Shown here: one piece after another, positions 8,418 through 17,219 of the stretch
How the letters are laid out: each line of letters starts with the position of its first letter
How positions within the stretch are numbered: position 1 is the first letter of the stretch
Assembly (NCBI GenBank): GCA_025449535.1
Contig: JANWJF010000001.1
Span: 219,406 to 283,405 of the forward strand
Origin: Candidatus Saccharimonadia bacterium
GTDB lineage: Bacteria > Patescibacteriota > SICC01
Direction of reading: 5' to 3'
Length of the DNA: 64,000 bases
Made by a program: the position numbers and the translations under genes
The notes under the pieces: generated by a model
What the model was told of the DNA's origin: nothing
The model's database searches: none
What the model saw: the letters and a program-made list of their open reading frames with translations, nothing else

Positions 8418-8825
8418 ATGCGCGACATGCGGAAAGAGGACCCGGTCCTCAGGTCCGGAAACCGTTGGCGCAGGCTGCCAACCGTCCAAGTACCCGGCGA
8501 CCCCGAGGCGTTGCCCTGGGATCTGGGGAAACGCTCGGAGCAGGACATCCGGGACTCATGGCGGAAAGTCGCCGTCTTCCACGTCAGCCGGGTCGGTGGC
8601 CGAGGCGATGATCCGGTCAGATTCACGATCGGATTCCGGAATAGCTCCGGTGAGATCCACCGGCTCGGCTTTCTGATCATGGACCGGGAGTTCGGCATGG
8701 AAGTGGGTCACGAGGACGTCGAATTCGTCATCTTCGCTGGCAACCCCCTGGACGAGCTCAACCTCGTCCTCGTCGACGTCGTCGATAAGGACAATCCGGC
8801 CTGGAAACACCTACCGCTCTATTGA
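8418..8825 (+). CDS. Hypothetical protein
   Basis: AAGGAGG RBS; third gene of an apparent 3-gene operon. Confidence 0.75.
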   Translation: MRDMRKEDPVLRSGNRWRRLPTVQVPGDPEALPWDLGKRSEQDIRDSWRKVAVFHVSRVGGRGDDPVRFTIGFRNSSGEIHRLGFLIMDREFGMEVGHEDVEFVIFAGNPLDELNLVLVDVVDKDNPAWKHLPLY

Positions 8826-8953
8826 GCAAGGGGCAGGACCGCGACTTCGTGCATACCAGCACGCAAGAAGCACCTGTCCCGCCCCCTGAGACCGTCTCGA
8901 ACGAGGCGTCCTGAGGAGGCATTACTGACTACGGTGAACAAAAAACCGATGTT

Positions 8954-10777
8954 ATGGTATTTTTTATGGTCACCATGGTACAGAAGACCACACATCGAGA
9001 TACGCCCGGATCCGGAGAGCCTGGTCCGGAACGCACGGTCGAAGCGGGTCCAGATACGGAGCCCGGGGACGTCCTCGAACGGGTCGCGTGGTACTTCTCC
9101 GCCCCGATGGACCGGTTGCTCAGCCCCGAGAAGAGTCCCCGCCTGTCGGAAATCCGCGGATTGACGGCCGTGCTGCTGTACGACCACACGCCGCTCGAGC
9201 GCGGCGACATCGCGGAGTTCCTGGATCGCGCCGAGAACTACCTCTCCGAACTGATCGCCCGCACCCGGCGACAGTTGGGCGGGAGCGCGGAGTGGCGCGG
9301 CTTCTACGCCGACCTAACCGCCGAGACTCCGCCCGAGCTGTCCCTGTTGGACCAGTACCTGGCCGGATTCTGCCACGCATACGACGTGCCGCCGGACGTC
9401 ATCACTCAGCTAAATCCGAAGGACTTTATCAAGGAAGCACGCCAGGGATTGATCTACCGCCTGCAAGAGGAGACTCCCATCCCCCTGCAAGCATTGGCCG
9501 AGCGCTTCGGTTTCGGTGTTGAGAGGACCACGCTCGTCGAAACCCGTTACAGCGCGGAAGAGATATTCGCCCAGGACCCGGAAGCCTTGAGACGGATCAT
9601 GGCGATCGAACGGAGCGCCCGTTTACCCGCGGAGTCGCGTCCAGCCCGGAAAGTGGTAGACGGCATCCTGCAGGAAGCGGGCGCCGCCTGGGCGGATCTC
9701 CAAAGCCCCCGCCGCGGCCGGGAGTTGCTCCAGGCCCGCCGCCGGATCGTCAGACAGCTGTACTTCCGGAGTCCGATGGCGCCGCAGGAGATCGCGGAGA
9801 TCTTGCATCGTACGCCAGAACACGTCAGTCAGATCGCGAAGGAGATGGAGGCCTCCGAGGGCGACGATCCCGTGGTCGTCAAACCGGAACGCGTCTACGA
9901 GCGCGAATCGGAGCGGGTCTCACTGTTCTTCGGCATGCCGGTCGCCGGATATGAGAAGGACAGCGGCCCGCACCTGGCCCTGTTGCAGGTGCTGACTGAC
10001 CGGGGATTGACCGTGACGGAAATCGCAAGATGTGGCGGCGCCAACCGGACCCGGGTCCCCCAGTTCCTCGCAAGGTCGGCACGCCGCCGGAGCGAGGATC
10101 CGTTCTTTCGGCAGCTGGTCGAGGCCGTGGACGCCGGCGTGGAGCCGCCCGGCGGGAACGGCCTGATCGAAGCAGTGCTGGAAGCCAGCGCCAATCTGGC
10201 GGGGACAACCGTGGAAACGCTGCACCGGCATCCCAAGCAGGCGGAAGGAAGCGTTGCCCGAGACTGGGCCGCTTACCTGCTTCGGAAACGCGTCGGACTC
10301 AAGACACGTCACGTCCAAGAGCACGCCGGCCTGCCCTCCCCGAACCGGATACGGAAAGGAGTCGAGCGAGTATCGGAAGAAATTGCCCGTTCGGAAGAGG
10401 CGGCCGCCTTGGAACGGTTCGTTTGGCGGTGCCTGCTGGGGAACCACCTGGCTCCCGAGCAAGGCGACGCCGTGTTGTACTTCGCCCACGGATTGAACAG
10501 GCAGGTCCGGGTCGGCAGGGTCAAGGAAGTCCACGAAGAGGCAGAGGGGCGGCTGCTCATCATCAACGGGCACCGGCACCACGCGAAACATACGGCGTTC
10601 GCAGGCGATCCGAGCGTCCTGGATGCCGAAGCGGCGGCCGTGGTCATGCGGGAGCCGAACGCGCTCGATCTCTGGCTGACCAGCCATCGGGTCGGACCGT
10701 CGTTGGGGGAGCAGATGCGACAGGCGTTGCGGCGTGAACCCGTGCCTGGCAACGGTAATGCCTTGACCTCTGGCTGA
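8954..10777 (+). CDS. Protein with five tandem DnaA domain-IV-like HTH units, no AAA+ domain (start uncertain)
   Basis: Repeated V..Y......LLS..(R/K)S.....R.....L....T.....IA..F pattern matching the DnaA C-terminal domain; no Walker A. Confidence 0.75.
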   Translation: MVFFMVTMVQKTTHRDTPGSGEPGPERTVEAGPDTEPGDVLERVAWYFSAPMDRLLSPEKSPRLSEIRGLTAVLLYDHTPLERGDIAEFLDRAENYLSELIARTRRQLGGSAEWRGFYADLTAETPPELSLLDQYLAGFCHAYDVPPDVITQLNPKDFIKEARQGLIYRLQEETPIPLQALAERFGFGVERTTLVETRYSAEEIFAQDPEALRRIMAIERSARLPAESRPARKVVDGILQEAGAAWADLQSPRRGRELLQARRRIVRQLYFRSPMAPQEIAEILHRTPEHVSQIAKEMEASEGDDPVVVKPERVYERESERVSLFFGMPVAGYEKDSGPHLALLQVLTDRGLTVTEIARCGGANRTRVPQFLARSARRRSEDPFFRQLVEAVDAGVEPPGGNGLIEAVLEASANLAGTTVETLHRHPKQAEGSVARDWAAYLLRKRVGLKTRHVQEHAGLPSPNRIRKGVERVSEEIARSEEAAALERFVWRCLLGNHLAPEQGDAVLYFAHGLNRQVRVGRVKEVHEEAEGRLLIINGHRHHAKHTAFAGDPSVLDAEAAAVVMREPNALDLWLTSHRVGPSLGEQMRQALRREPVPGNGNALTSG

Positions 10778-10879
10778 AAAACCCCCATACTAAGGGAAGT
10801 TCTGTTGGATAGGATCTTGTAACTACGATTTCGCTGTTCACCCGAACGGCGATTTATTTTCTTAACCCAAGGATCCAAC

Positions 10880-12172
10880 ATGGCAAATCCCAACGCACGG
10901 GCCGCGCGAGGGCGCGGCGGACAATTCAACAAAGGCAACGGCCAACGGCGCAAGGCCGGCGGCAATGCCCGTAACTTCGGCAGCCAGGCGTATGGCAACA
11001 AGAGCCTCGGCGGACGCGGCGGCGGCACCCAGCGGCAGCGCAGCCGTGGACCGGCCAAGTCGACGATCGACCCCTCCCGGTTCGTGAACCGCGCCACTTC
11101 CCCGCGCGATATCCTGCCCTACACCCCGCGCCGGCAGTTCAAGAACTTCGCGTTCGACCCACGCATGCACCGGGCGATCACTTCCAAGGGCTATACCGCC
11201 CCGACCGCGATCCAGGACCAAGCGATCCCGCACATCCTGGCCGGCCACGACGTAGTCGGCATCGCCAATACCGGCACCGGCAAGACGGCGGGCTTCGTGC
11301 TCCCGATCATCAACCGGCTGATTCCCCGCCGGGACGGCATGGCCCTGGTCGTCGCGCCGACCCGCGAGCTGGCCCAGCAGATCGATGAGGAGTTCCGCAG
11401 CTTCGCGGACCGGCTCGACCTGCTCTCCACCGTCTGCGTCGGCGGCATGAACGAGCGGCCCCAGATCAAGTCGCTGAAGCGCAATCCGCAGATGGTCATC
11501 GGTACGCCGGGCCGGCTGAAGGACTTCGTGACCAACAAGCACCTCGACCTGAAGCGCTGCCACACCTTCGTGCTCGACGAGGCCGACCGGATGCTCGACA
11601 TGGGCTTCATCAACGACATGAAGTTCCTGATGCGGTACCTGCCGGAAGAGCGGCAGTCGCTCTGCTTCTCCGCGACGATCACGCCCGAGGTGAAGAAGAT
11701 CATCGACGCCCTGCTCGACGAGCCGGTGACGGTCTCCGTCCGCACCACCGAGACCCAGGAGCACATCGAACAGGACGTGATCCGGGCGGACACCGCGGCC
11801 GAGAAGCTGGCGCACCTGGAGAAGCTGCTGGTGAAGCCGGAGTTCTCCAAGGTGGTGATCTTCGGGCAGACTAAGCACGGCGTGCAGCGGTTGTCCGACA
11901 AGCTGTCCAAGCGGAACATCTCCGTGACGACGATCCACGGCAACAAGAACCAGAACCAGCGCCGCCGGGCGTTGTCCGCGTTCAAGAGCGGTCCGGTGAA
12001 GGTCCTGGTGGCGACCGACGTGGCCGCGCGCGGGCTGGACATCCGGAACGTCAGCCACGTGATCAACTACGATCCCCCGCAGGCCTACGACGACTACATC
12101 CATCGCATCGGCCGGACCGGCCGTGCCGGCAAGACCGGCTCCGCGATCACCTTCGTACCGACGAAGGCGTAG
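10880..12172 (+). CDS. DEAD-box RNA helicase (RhlE-like)
   Basis: Q motif, ANTGTGKT, PTRELA, TPGRL, LDEADRM, SAT, ARGLD, HRIGRTGR; Gly/Arg-rich N-terminus. Confidence 0.97.
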   Translation: MANPNARAARGRGGQFNKGNGQRRKAGGNARNFGSQAYGNKSLGGRGGGTQRQRSRGPAKSTIDPSRFVNRATSPRDILPYTPRRQFKNFAFDPRMHRAITSKGYTAPTAIQDQAIPHILAGHDVVGIANTGTGKTAGFVLPIINRLIPRRDGMALVVAPTRELAQQIDEEFRSFADRLDLLSTVCVGGMNERPQIKSLKRNPQMVIGTPGRLKDFVTNKHLDLKRCHTFVLDEADRMLDMGFINDMKFLMRYLPEERQSLCFSATITPEVKKIIDALLDEPVTVSVRTTETQEHIEQDVIRADTAAEKLAHLEKLLVKPEFSKVVIFGQTKHGVQRLSDKLSKRNISVTTIHGNKNQNQRRRALSAFKSGPVKVLVATDVAARGLDIRNVSHVINYDPPQAYDDYIHRIGRTGRAGKTGSAITFVPTKA

Positions 12173-12322
12173 TCACGCTAGCCTCGTTGTCCGAACCTTT
12201 GCGTATCTTGCGCCTAAGGTTCGTCGATGGTAGTGTAAAAAACTCAGAACTAAGCGATATTTATCGATTCTTTCTGAGTGTCCATTGTTCCGTTCTTTCA
12301 AACGACAGAGAGGGTGAGGTGT

Positions 12323-12928
12323 ATGCCGGGAATCGTGGTCATCGGAATTGGTGGCCCACCGGGGCTGGGAATCGACCTGACGGGTCTGCTGAGTCCTGAG
12401 GGACTCATCGAGCACGCTCGGGAGCACGTGCAGGAATGCCGCGACGGCAACTACAGCGAAGCAGCGTGCCTCGTCGGCACGGTGCGCGGGGAGCTGCTCT
12501 CCCTGGAGGAACTCGGGATTACCGAGGAGGAGCTGGAAGAGTTCCGCCAGAAAGGCGTCGTCGAACCGGCCAAGCGATACGTCGAGGAGTGCCGGGACGG
12601 CGACTACGAGCACCTCGGGTCACTCATCGACTGGCTGTCAATCAAGACGGTCACCGAGGAGGAGCTCGGGATTACCGAGGAGGAGCTGAACGGGTTCATC
12701 AAGCAGGAGAACCTGCGGACCGCCAAGGACATCATCGCGGAATGCCGTGAGGATGACTACAGGCAGCTAGGTCCGATACTCGCGGCGATCTCCAACGGCA
12801 TGTTCACGGTCGAGGAGCTCGAGACGAGCAAGCAAGAGCTCGGGGAATTCATGATCAAGCGGAGGCTTGGGTCGACGCAATCGAGCAACGGCTCGGGCAC
12901 GCATGAGCGGACCAGTCAAAGCTCCTGA
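12323..12928 (+). CDS. Hypothetical protein with three 51-aa repeats
   Basis: A...V.ECR...Y...........EELG.TEEEL..F x3; GAGGTG RBS-like sequence. Confidence 0.8.
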   Translation: MPGIVVIGIGGPPGLGIDLTGLLSPEGLIEHAREHVQECRDGNYSEAACLVGTVRGELLSLEELGITEEELEEFRQKGVVEPAKRYVEECRDGDYEHLGSLIDWLSIKTVTEEELGITEEELNGFIKQENLRTAKDIIAECREDDYRQLGPILAAISNGMFTVEELETSKQELGEFMIKRRLGSTQSSNGSGTHERTSQSS

Positions 12929-12972
12929 ACAGCATCACCTCGTAGGAACCAAACTCATCCTCCTGACCGGAG

Positions 12973-13027
12973 AAACGAACGGATTGCCCCTGGTAGTGTT
13001 ACCACATTGCCGGGGGCGTTCGTTTTT
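12973..13027 (+). terminator. Long hairpin / probable bidirectional terminator
   Basis: AAACGAAC..GCCCCTGGTAGTG / CATTGCCGGGGGCGTTCGTTTTT between convergent genes. Confidence 0.65.
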
Positions 13028-13036
13028 ACGTCTAGC

Positions 13037-14788
13037 CTATTCGGACCGGCGGGTCCGACCGAGGTAGATCGTAGCCAGCGCGGCCAGTAGCGTGAAGATC
13101 GAGAGATAGCGGAAGGTGGCTGCGGAGGACTTAGAGAGCCCTTGGTCGATCCCCTTGGTCAGGGCCTCCTGCTGCTTAACTTGCTGCTTCCGCAGTTCCT
13201 TCTGCCGTTCCCGGACCTGCTTCTGCCGCTTCTCGAGTTCCTCCTTCGTCGGCACGTTACCGGGCTTGAACGGCAAGGCCTGGGCCACGGTACCGAGGAC
13301 CGGCGCCTGTTCGGCTGCGCGTGTCTGCGGCGGGAACGGCCTCAGCGGCAACGGCAGTCCTGGCGATAACCCGGGGCGGGCGCCCCTGGTACCGGTCAGG
13401 CCGGCACCGTCCTCGTCCAGCTTCAGCAGATCGACCCCGTTCTGCTTGATAGAGGTCTTCAGTTGCTCAGAAGTCCCCTGTTGGACTCCGTCGGCAACGG
13501 CCTTGGGGACCTGCGTGCCGACTTGGCAGACGAATACCGCTCCGGCGACCGCGATGCCGACCAGGGCTCCCATATTCCGAGCTCCGCCGAACACGCCGGA
13601 AGCGGCGCCATATTCGGCCGGTGCCGTACGGTCCAACGCGACGTTAGTGACCGCCGGCAAGGCCAGGGCGGCGCCGAGACCGAGGACGACCAACGGAATC
13701 GCCAGGTCCCCGCGGCCGGTGGACGCCTCGACCGTGGAGAGTCCCCACAGTCCGCCCGACGCCAGCAGGAGACCGACGGCGGTCAGGAGCCGTTCGTCGA
13801 AGCGGTCCGCCAGCTTGCCGGCAAACGGCGCGACCACCGTCAGGGCGATCGCGAACGGCAGCACGGCGATGGCGGTGTCGCCCGCGGAGTAGTCGAAGAC
13901 CTGCTCGAATTGCAGAGCGGTCACGAAGAGGCCGCCGAGGATACCGGCGGAAGCCAGGAAGACTATCAGGCTGCCGACACCGAAGTCCCGGCTACAGAGC
14001 CGGCCGATGTCTATGAGCGGAGCGGGCTGATGACGCTCGACCAGGACGAAGGCCACCGACTGGCTGACCGTCAGCCCGAACAGCGCGATGATCAGCGGCG
14101 AATCCCAACCGGCCTGCTGGCCTTGCAGCACCGCGAACCCGAGGGCCGCCAGTGCGCCGGTGCCCGTCAGCGCCCCCGCAAAGTCGAAACGGCCTGCCCG
14201 GCCGGAATCCTTGGCGACGAATCGGAATGCAAAGAGCGCGGCCACTGCGGCCAGCACGGCACCGCCGTAGAAGAGCCAGCGCCAACCGAGATCGTCGATG
14301 ACCGTCCCGCTGAGCGCGATGCCCCCGGCGTACGCCACGGCCAGCACCGCGGTCCAGAACCCGAACGCCGCGCCGCGGCCGCGCCGCGGGAACGCGTCGA
14401 GGATCAGGCTGAGCGTGACCGGTAGGACTAGCGCCGCGCCAGCGCCCTGCAGGACCCGGAATCCGATCAGCCATCCGGCGTCGGACGACGCTCCGGCCGC
14501 GACGGAACCGACGACGAACGTCGCCAGGCCGACCAGCAGCGCCTTGCGTCGGCCGAACATATCGCCCAGCTTCCCGCCCACGAAGAGCAGTGCGGCGAAG
14601 GACAATGCGTACGCCTTAAAGATCCACTCCGCGTTCGCGGATTCGATCCTCAAGGCATTGGCGATCGTCTCGGTCCCGTCGGTGACGGCCGTGACGCCGA
14701 GGAATGTGACCAGCAACGCCAACAGCGCGGTCCCCAACGAGGTCCACCTGTTTCCGACGCTACTGTTTGTTTGCTCCATTTCATGCAA
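13037..14788 (-). CDS. MFS transporter, DHA2 (EmrB/QacA) family
   Basis: GGKLGDMFGRRK motif A, FRVLQGAG, FDFAGA, about 14 TM; long soluble loop before the last helix. Confidence 0.92.
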   Translation of the reverse strand: MHEMEQTNSSVGNRWTSLGTALLALLVTFLGVTAVTDGTETIANALRIESANAEWIFKAYALSFAALLFVGGKLGDMFGRRKALLVGLATFVVGSVAAGASSDAGWLIGFRVLQGAGAALVLPVTLSLILDAFPRRGRGAAFGFWTAVLAVAYAGGIALSGTVIDDLGWRWLFYGGAVLAAVAALFAFRFVAKDSGRAGRFDFAGALTGTGALAALGFAVLQGQQAGWDSPLIIALFGLTVSQSVAFVLVERHQPAPLIDIGRLCSRDFGVGSLIVFLASAGILGGLFVTALQFEQVFDYSAGDTAIAVLPFAIALTVVAPFAGKLADRFDERLLTAVGLLLASGGLWGLSTVEASTGRGDLAIPLVVLGLGAALALPAVTNVALDRTAPAEYGAASGVFGGARNMGALVGIAVAGAVFVCQVGTQVPKAVADGVQQGTSEQLKTSIKQNGVDLLKLDEDGAGLTGTRGARPGLSPGLPLPLRPFPPQTRAAEQAPVLGTVAQALPFKPGNVPTKEELEKRQKQVRERQKELRKQQVKQQEALTKGIDQGLSKSSAATFRYLSIFTLLAALATIYLGRTRRSE

Positions 14789-14898
14789 AGACTACTAGTT
14801 GGTCGCCGAAGTGGCAACCTGGGTTTCAGGAACCTTTCTTCGGCGCCTTGTCACTGAAGCGGTGCGCCTTGGAAGGGCCAATCGCCATGTACACAAAC

Positions 14899-16602
14899 CT
14901 AGTCGTCCTTCAGTTCCGCGAGCCGTCGCCTGATCCAGTATTCCAGCGAGTCGGGCCGAGCCCGGCCGGATCCGATCCGGCGCAGCAGCATGTCGCCGTT
15001 CTTCACCGAGTACTTCCGCATCACTACTTCCTGTCCCTTCGCACTCAGGAAGGACATCGGGTCCTTCGGGTCCGGGAACTCCAGGTCCGGGAATCGTTCT
15101 TTGAGCAGCTGCCACGCGCGGCTCCGGTACTTCTCCGCCTGACGGTCCAGTTCGGCCCGGCGCAGCCGCTTCCGGGCACGCGGCGTTTTCACGGACTGCA
15201 GCCAGCTTTCCGTCCAGGTCCCGTCGCTGCCGTACTTCTTAGGAGCACATTCCGCATCAACCACGTCTCCGGTCTGCACCGGGTCGTCGAACCGAGCGGG
15301 CTTTCCGTTAATCCAGACCCGTTTGGTCCGCAGAGCCCGGTCGCTGTCTGCAGCGAACGACACGTCGAGCACGGTGGCGCCTTCCGGCACGTGGTGGACG
15401 TTGCCGTCCGGGCTGAACACCAGGAGTTCAGGAGGTCGCAGCGAGGCTAACTCGACGTTAGGGTCCTCGCGCAGCCGCATCGCCGCCCGCGTCCGCCAGC
15501 GGTACATCCGCGTCTGCCCGACTCCCTTGCCGCGGAATTTCCCCGGCGTCAGCTTGGAAGCCGCCTCGTAGGCCAGGTGCGAGACGTCCGGGTCGCCGGA
15601 AGCACGCTCGTGCATCTTGCTGGTTCGGATCTGGACCTCCATCGGCACGCCGTCGGGGCCGTACAGGGTGAGGTGGATGCTTTGGTAGCCGTTCGCCTTC
15701 GGCAACTGGATGTAGTCCTTGTACCGATCATAGTCCGGGTCGAACTTCTCGTTGAGCACGCTGACCACCTCGTAACACTTGGCGATCGCCCCCTCCTCGC
15801 CCTGTTCGGAATCGATGTCGATGACGACGCGCGCGCCGAAGAAGTCCGGCAGTTCGTAATCCGTCCGTCCGCGTTGGCGACACTTCCGCCAGACGCTGTA
15901 GTAACTCTTCCGCCGGGCGTTGACCCCCACCCGACCCTCGAGGTCCGGGATCTTTTCCTTGATCTCATTACCGATCAGGCGATCGTACCGCTCCGTGGCC
16001 GTCGCCAGCGCCTTCTCGCGGGCTTCCTCGTCCTCGCCGCCGAACATCTCCACGTAGGTCTCGCGGATGCGCGACACCTCGCCCGGCATCAGCGTCTTGA
16101 AGGCCGTCTTCTCGAGACGCTCCTTCAGGCCATGCCAGCCCATGATTTCCGCAGCCGGCGCCCACAGCAGGAACGCCTGCTCCGCCAGAACCTTCCCTTG
16201 CTCCCCCGATTCCTCAATCCTCCCGCGCGCGAACTCCAGGAAGGTCCGGAGGTTGTCCTGATGACCGGCCGCCTCGAACAGCAGCTTCAGGTAGTTCTCG
16301 AGCGTGACATTGTGGTTCTCCTTCTGGTTCTCGATGTTGTCCGGCGGCAACAGGGCCTTCACATACCCCATGACTTCCAGTCGCGCGGCCAGTTCGTCCG
16401 TCGGCGGCAGTTCCTGCCAGTCGACCTCGTAGGCAGGACGGTCGCTTTCGAGCGCCCCGGCGATATCCGCCCAGCGCTCGGGGCCGATCGCGCGTAGCTG
16501 CGCGAGGGCATCCGGCCGGAGCTCGTCCTCACCCCACGGGTGCTCAGCGGACTCGAAGCGGTCCGCCGGCAGGCCGGGAATCTTCTGGTGCGGTTTGGGC
16601 AT
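14899..16602 (-). CDS. RelA/SpoT homologue (synthetase + TGS; hydrolase degenerate, no ACT)
   Basis: RRKSYYSVWRK, DFFGARV, YKDYIQLPKANGYQSIH, EVQIRT..MH, VFSPDG..VPEGATVLD. Confidence 0.9.
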   Translation of the reverse strand: MPKPHQKIPGLPADRFESAEHPWGEDELRPDALAQLRAIGPERWADIAGALESDRPAYEVDWQELPPTDELAARLEVMGYVKALLPPDNIENQKENHNVTLENYLKLLFEAAGHQDNLRTFLEFARGRIEESGEQGKVLAEQAFLLWAPAAEIMGWHGLKERLEKTAFKTLMPGEVSRIRETYVEMFGGEDEEAREKALATATERYDRLIGNEIKEKIPDLEGRVGVNARRKSYYSVWRKCRQRGRTDYELPDFFGARVVIDIDSEQGEEGAIAKCYEVVSVLNEKFDPDYDRYKDYIQLPKANGYQSIHLTLYGPDGVPMEVQIRTSKMHERASGDPDVSHLAYEAASKLTPGKFRGKGVGQTRMYRWRTRAAMRLREDPNVELASLRPPELLVFSPDGNVHHVPEGATVLDVSFAADSDRALRTKRVWINGKPARFDDPVQTGDVVDAECAPKKYGSDGTWTESWLQSVKTPRARKRLRRAELDRQAEKYRSRAWQLLKERFPDLEFPDPKDPMSFLSAKGQEVVMRKYSVKNGDMLLRRIGSGRARPDSLEYWIRRRLAELKDD

Positions 16603-16739
16603 AAGGATTTGCCGTAGTTATGCGGCTAATCATTCTATCCCAAGCAGTCGAGTTTCCCCAATACCGACTCCAGGCCGACGCTTTGCCCAGCACGGGCTTC
16701 CAGGGCAAGGATACTTAGGGGTAGCTGACAAGAAAACCG

Positions 16740-17219
16740 TCAGAAGTCTAGCAGGCTCCTCGTCGGCAACCCGACGCCATCCGGCAGAGCCCGGAGGACC
16801 CGCCGCACCGACTGACGCACCGCCGGCTGCTTCGAACTCCGCAGCGCGGCCTGCAGGGTCTGGCGATGTTCCTGGTAGCGGTCGGCCGTCTCCGGATCGG
16901 AGGCGCCGGACAGCTCCGCCGCGGCATGCCGCTCGGTGGTCACCGCCCGCTCCGCGGTCTCGGCCACCTTCTCCTTGGAAGCCCCCTGTTCGGTGAGCAG
17001 GTTAAGTTCCGCGATGTTCAGGTCCACTTCGTCAAGATACCGGTCGCTCCGGTCTTCCCCGCCCGAAGCCAAGGCCGTCCGTAGCTCCGTGACGGCCTCC
17101 TTGACGCCGTATGTCCGGTCGCCCGGCATGCTACCGGCGACGCTCACAACGAAGGCCGCCAGGAGGAACGAACCCGCGGTCACGACGGCGACCAGCTTGG
17201 TGACCGATGGGACCCTCAT
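16740..17219 (-). CDS. DUF5667-like membrane-anchored protein
   Basis: TM followed by SMPGDRTYGVK; ATG overlaps the kinase stop (ATGA). Confidence 0.75.
   Translation of the reverse strand: MRVPSVTKLVAVVTAGSFLLAAFVVSVAGSMPGDRTYGVKEAVTELRTALASGGEDRSDRYLDEVDLNIAELNLLTEQGASKEKVAETAERAVTTERHAAAELSGASDPETADRYQEHRQTLQAALRSSKQPAVRQSVRRVLRALPDGVGLPTRSLLDF

Noticed and set aside
8954-10777. True dnaA gene / oriC nearby
   Set aside because: No Walker A/B; no TTATCCACA cluster seen in the window
10309-12103. Long minus-strand ORFs here and similar ones opposite thrS, DUF4012 and the MFS genes
   Set aside because: Antisense shadows of well-supported genes in high-GC DNA
12926-12946. TGAACAGCATCACC resembling the P1-hairpin junction of the RNA element
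   Set aside because: Short gapped match with no pairing partner; plausibly chance
1-13000. Prophage or IS-bounded island
   Set aside because: No integrase, transposase, structural phage genes or att repeats identified
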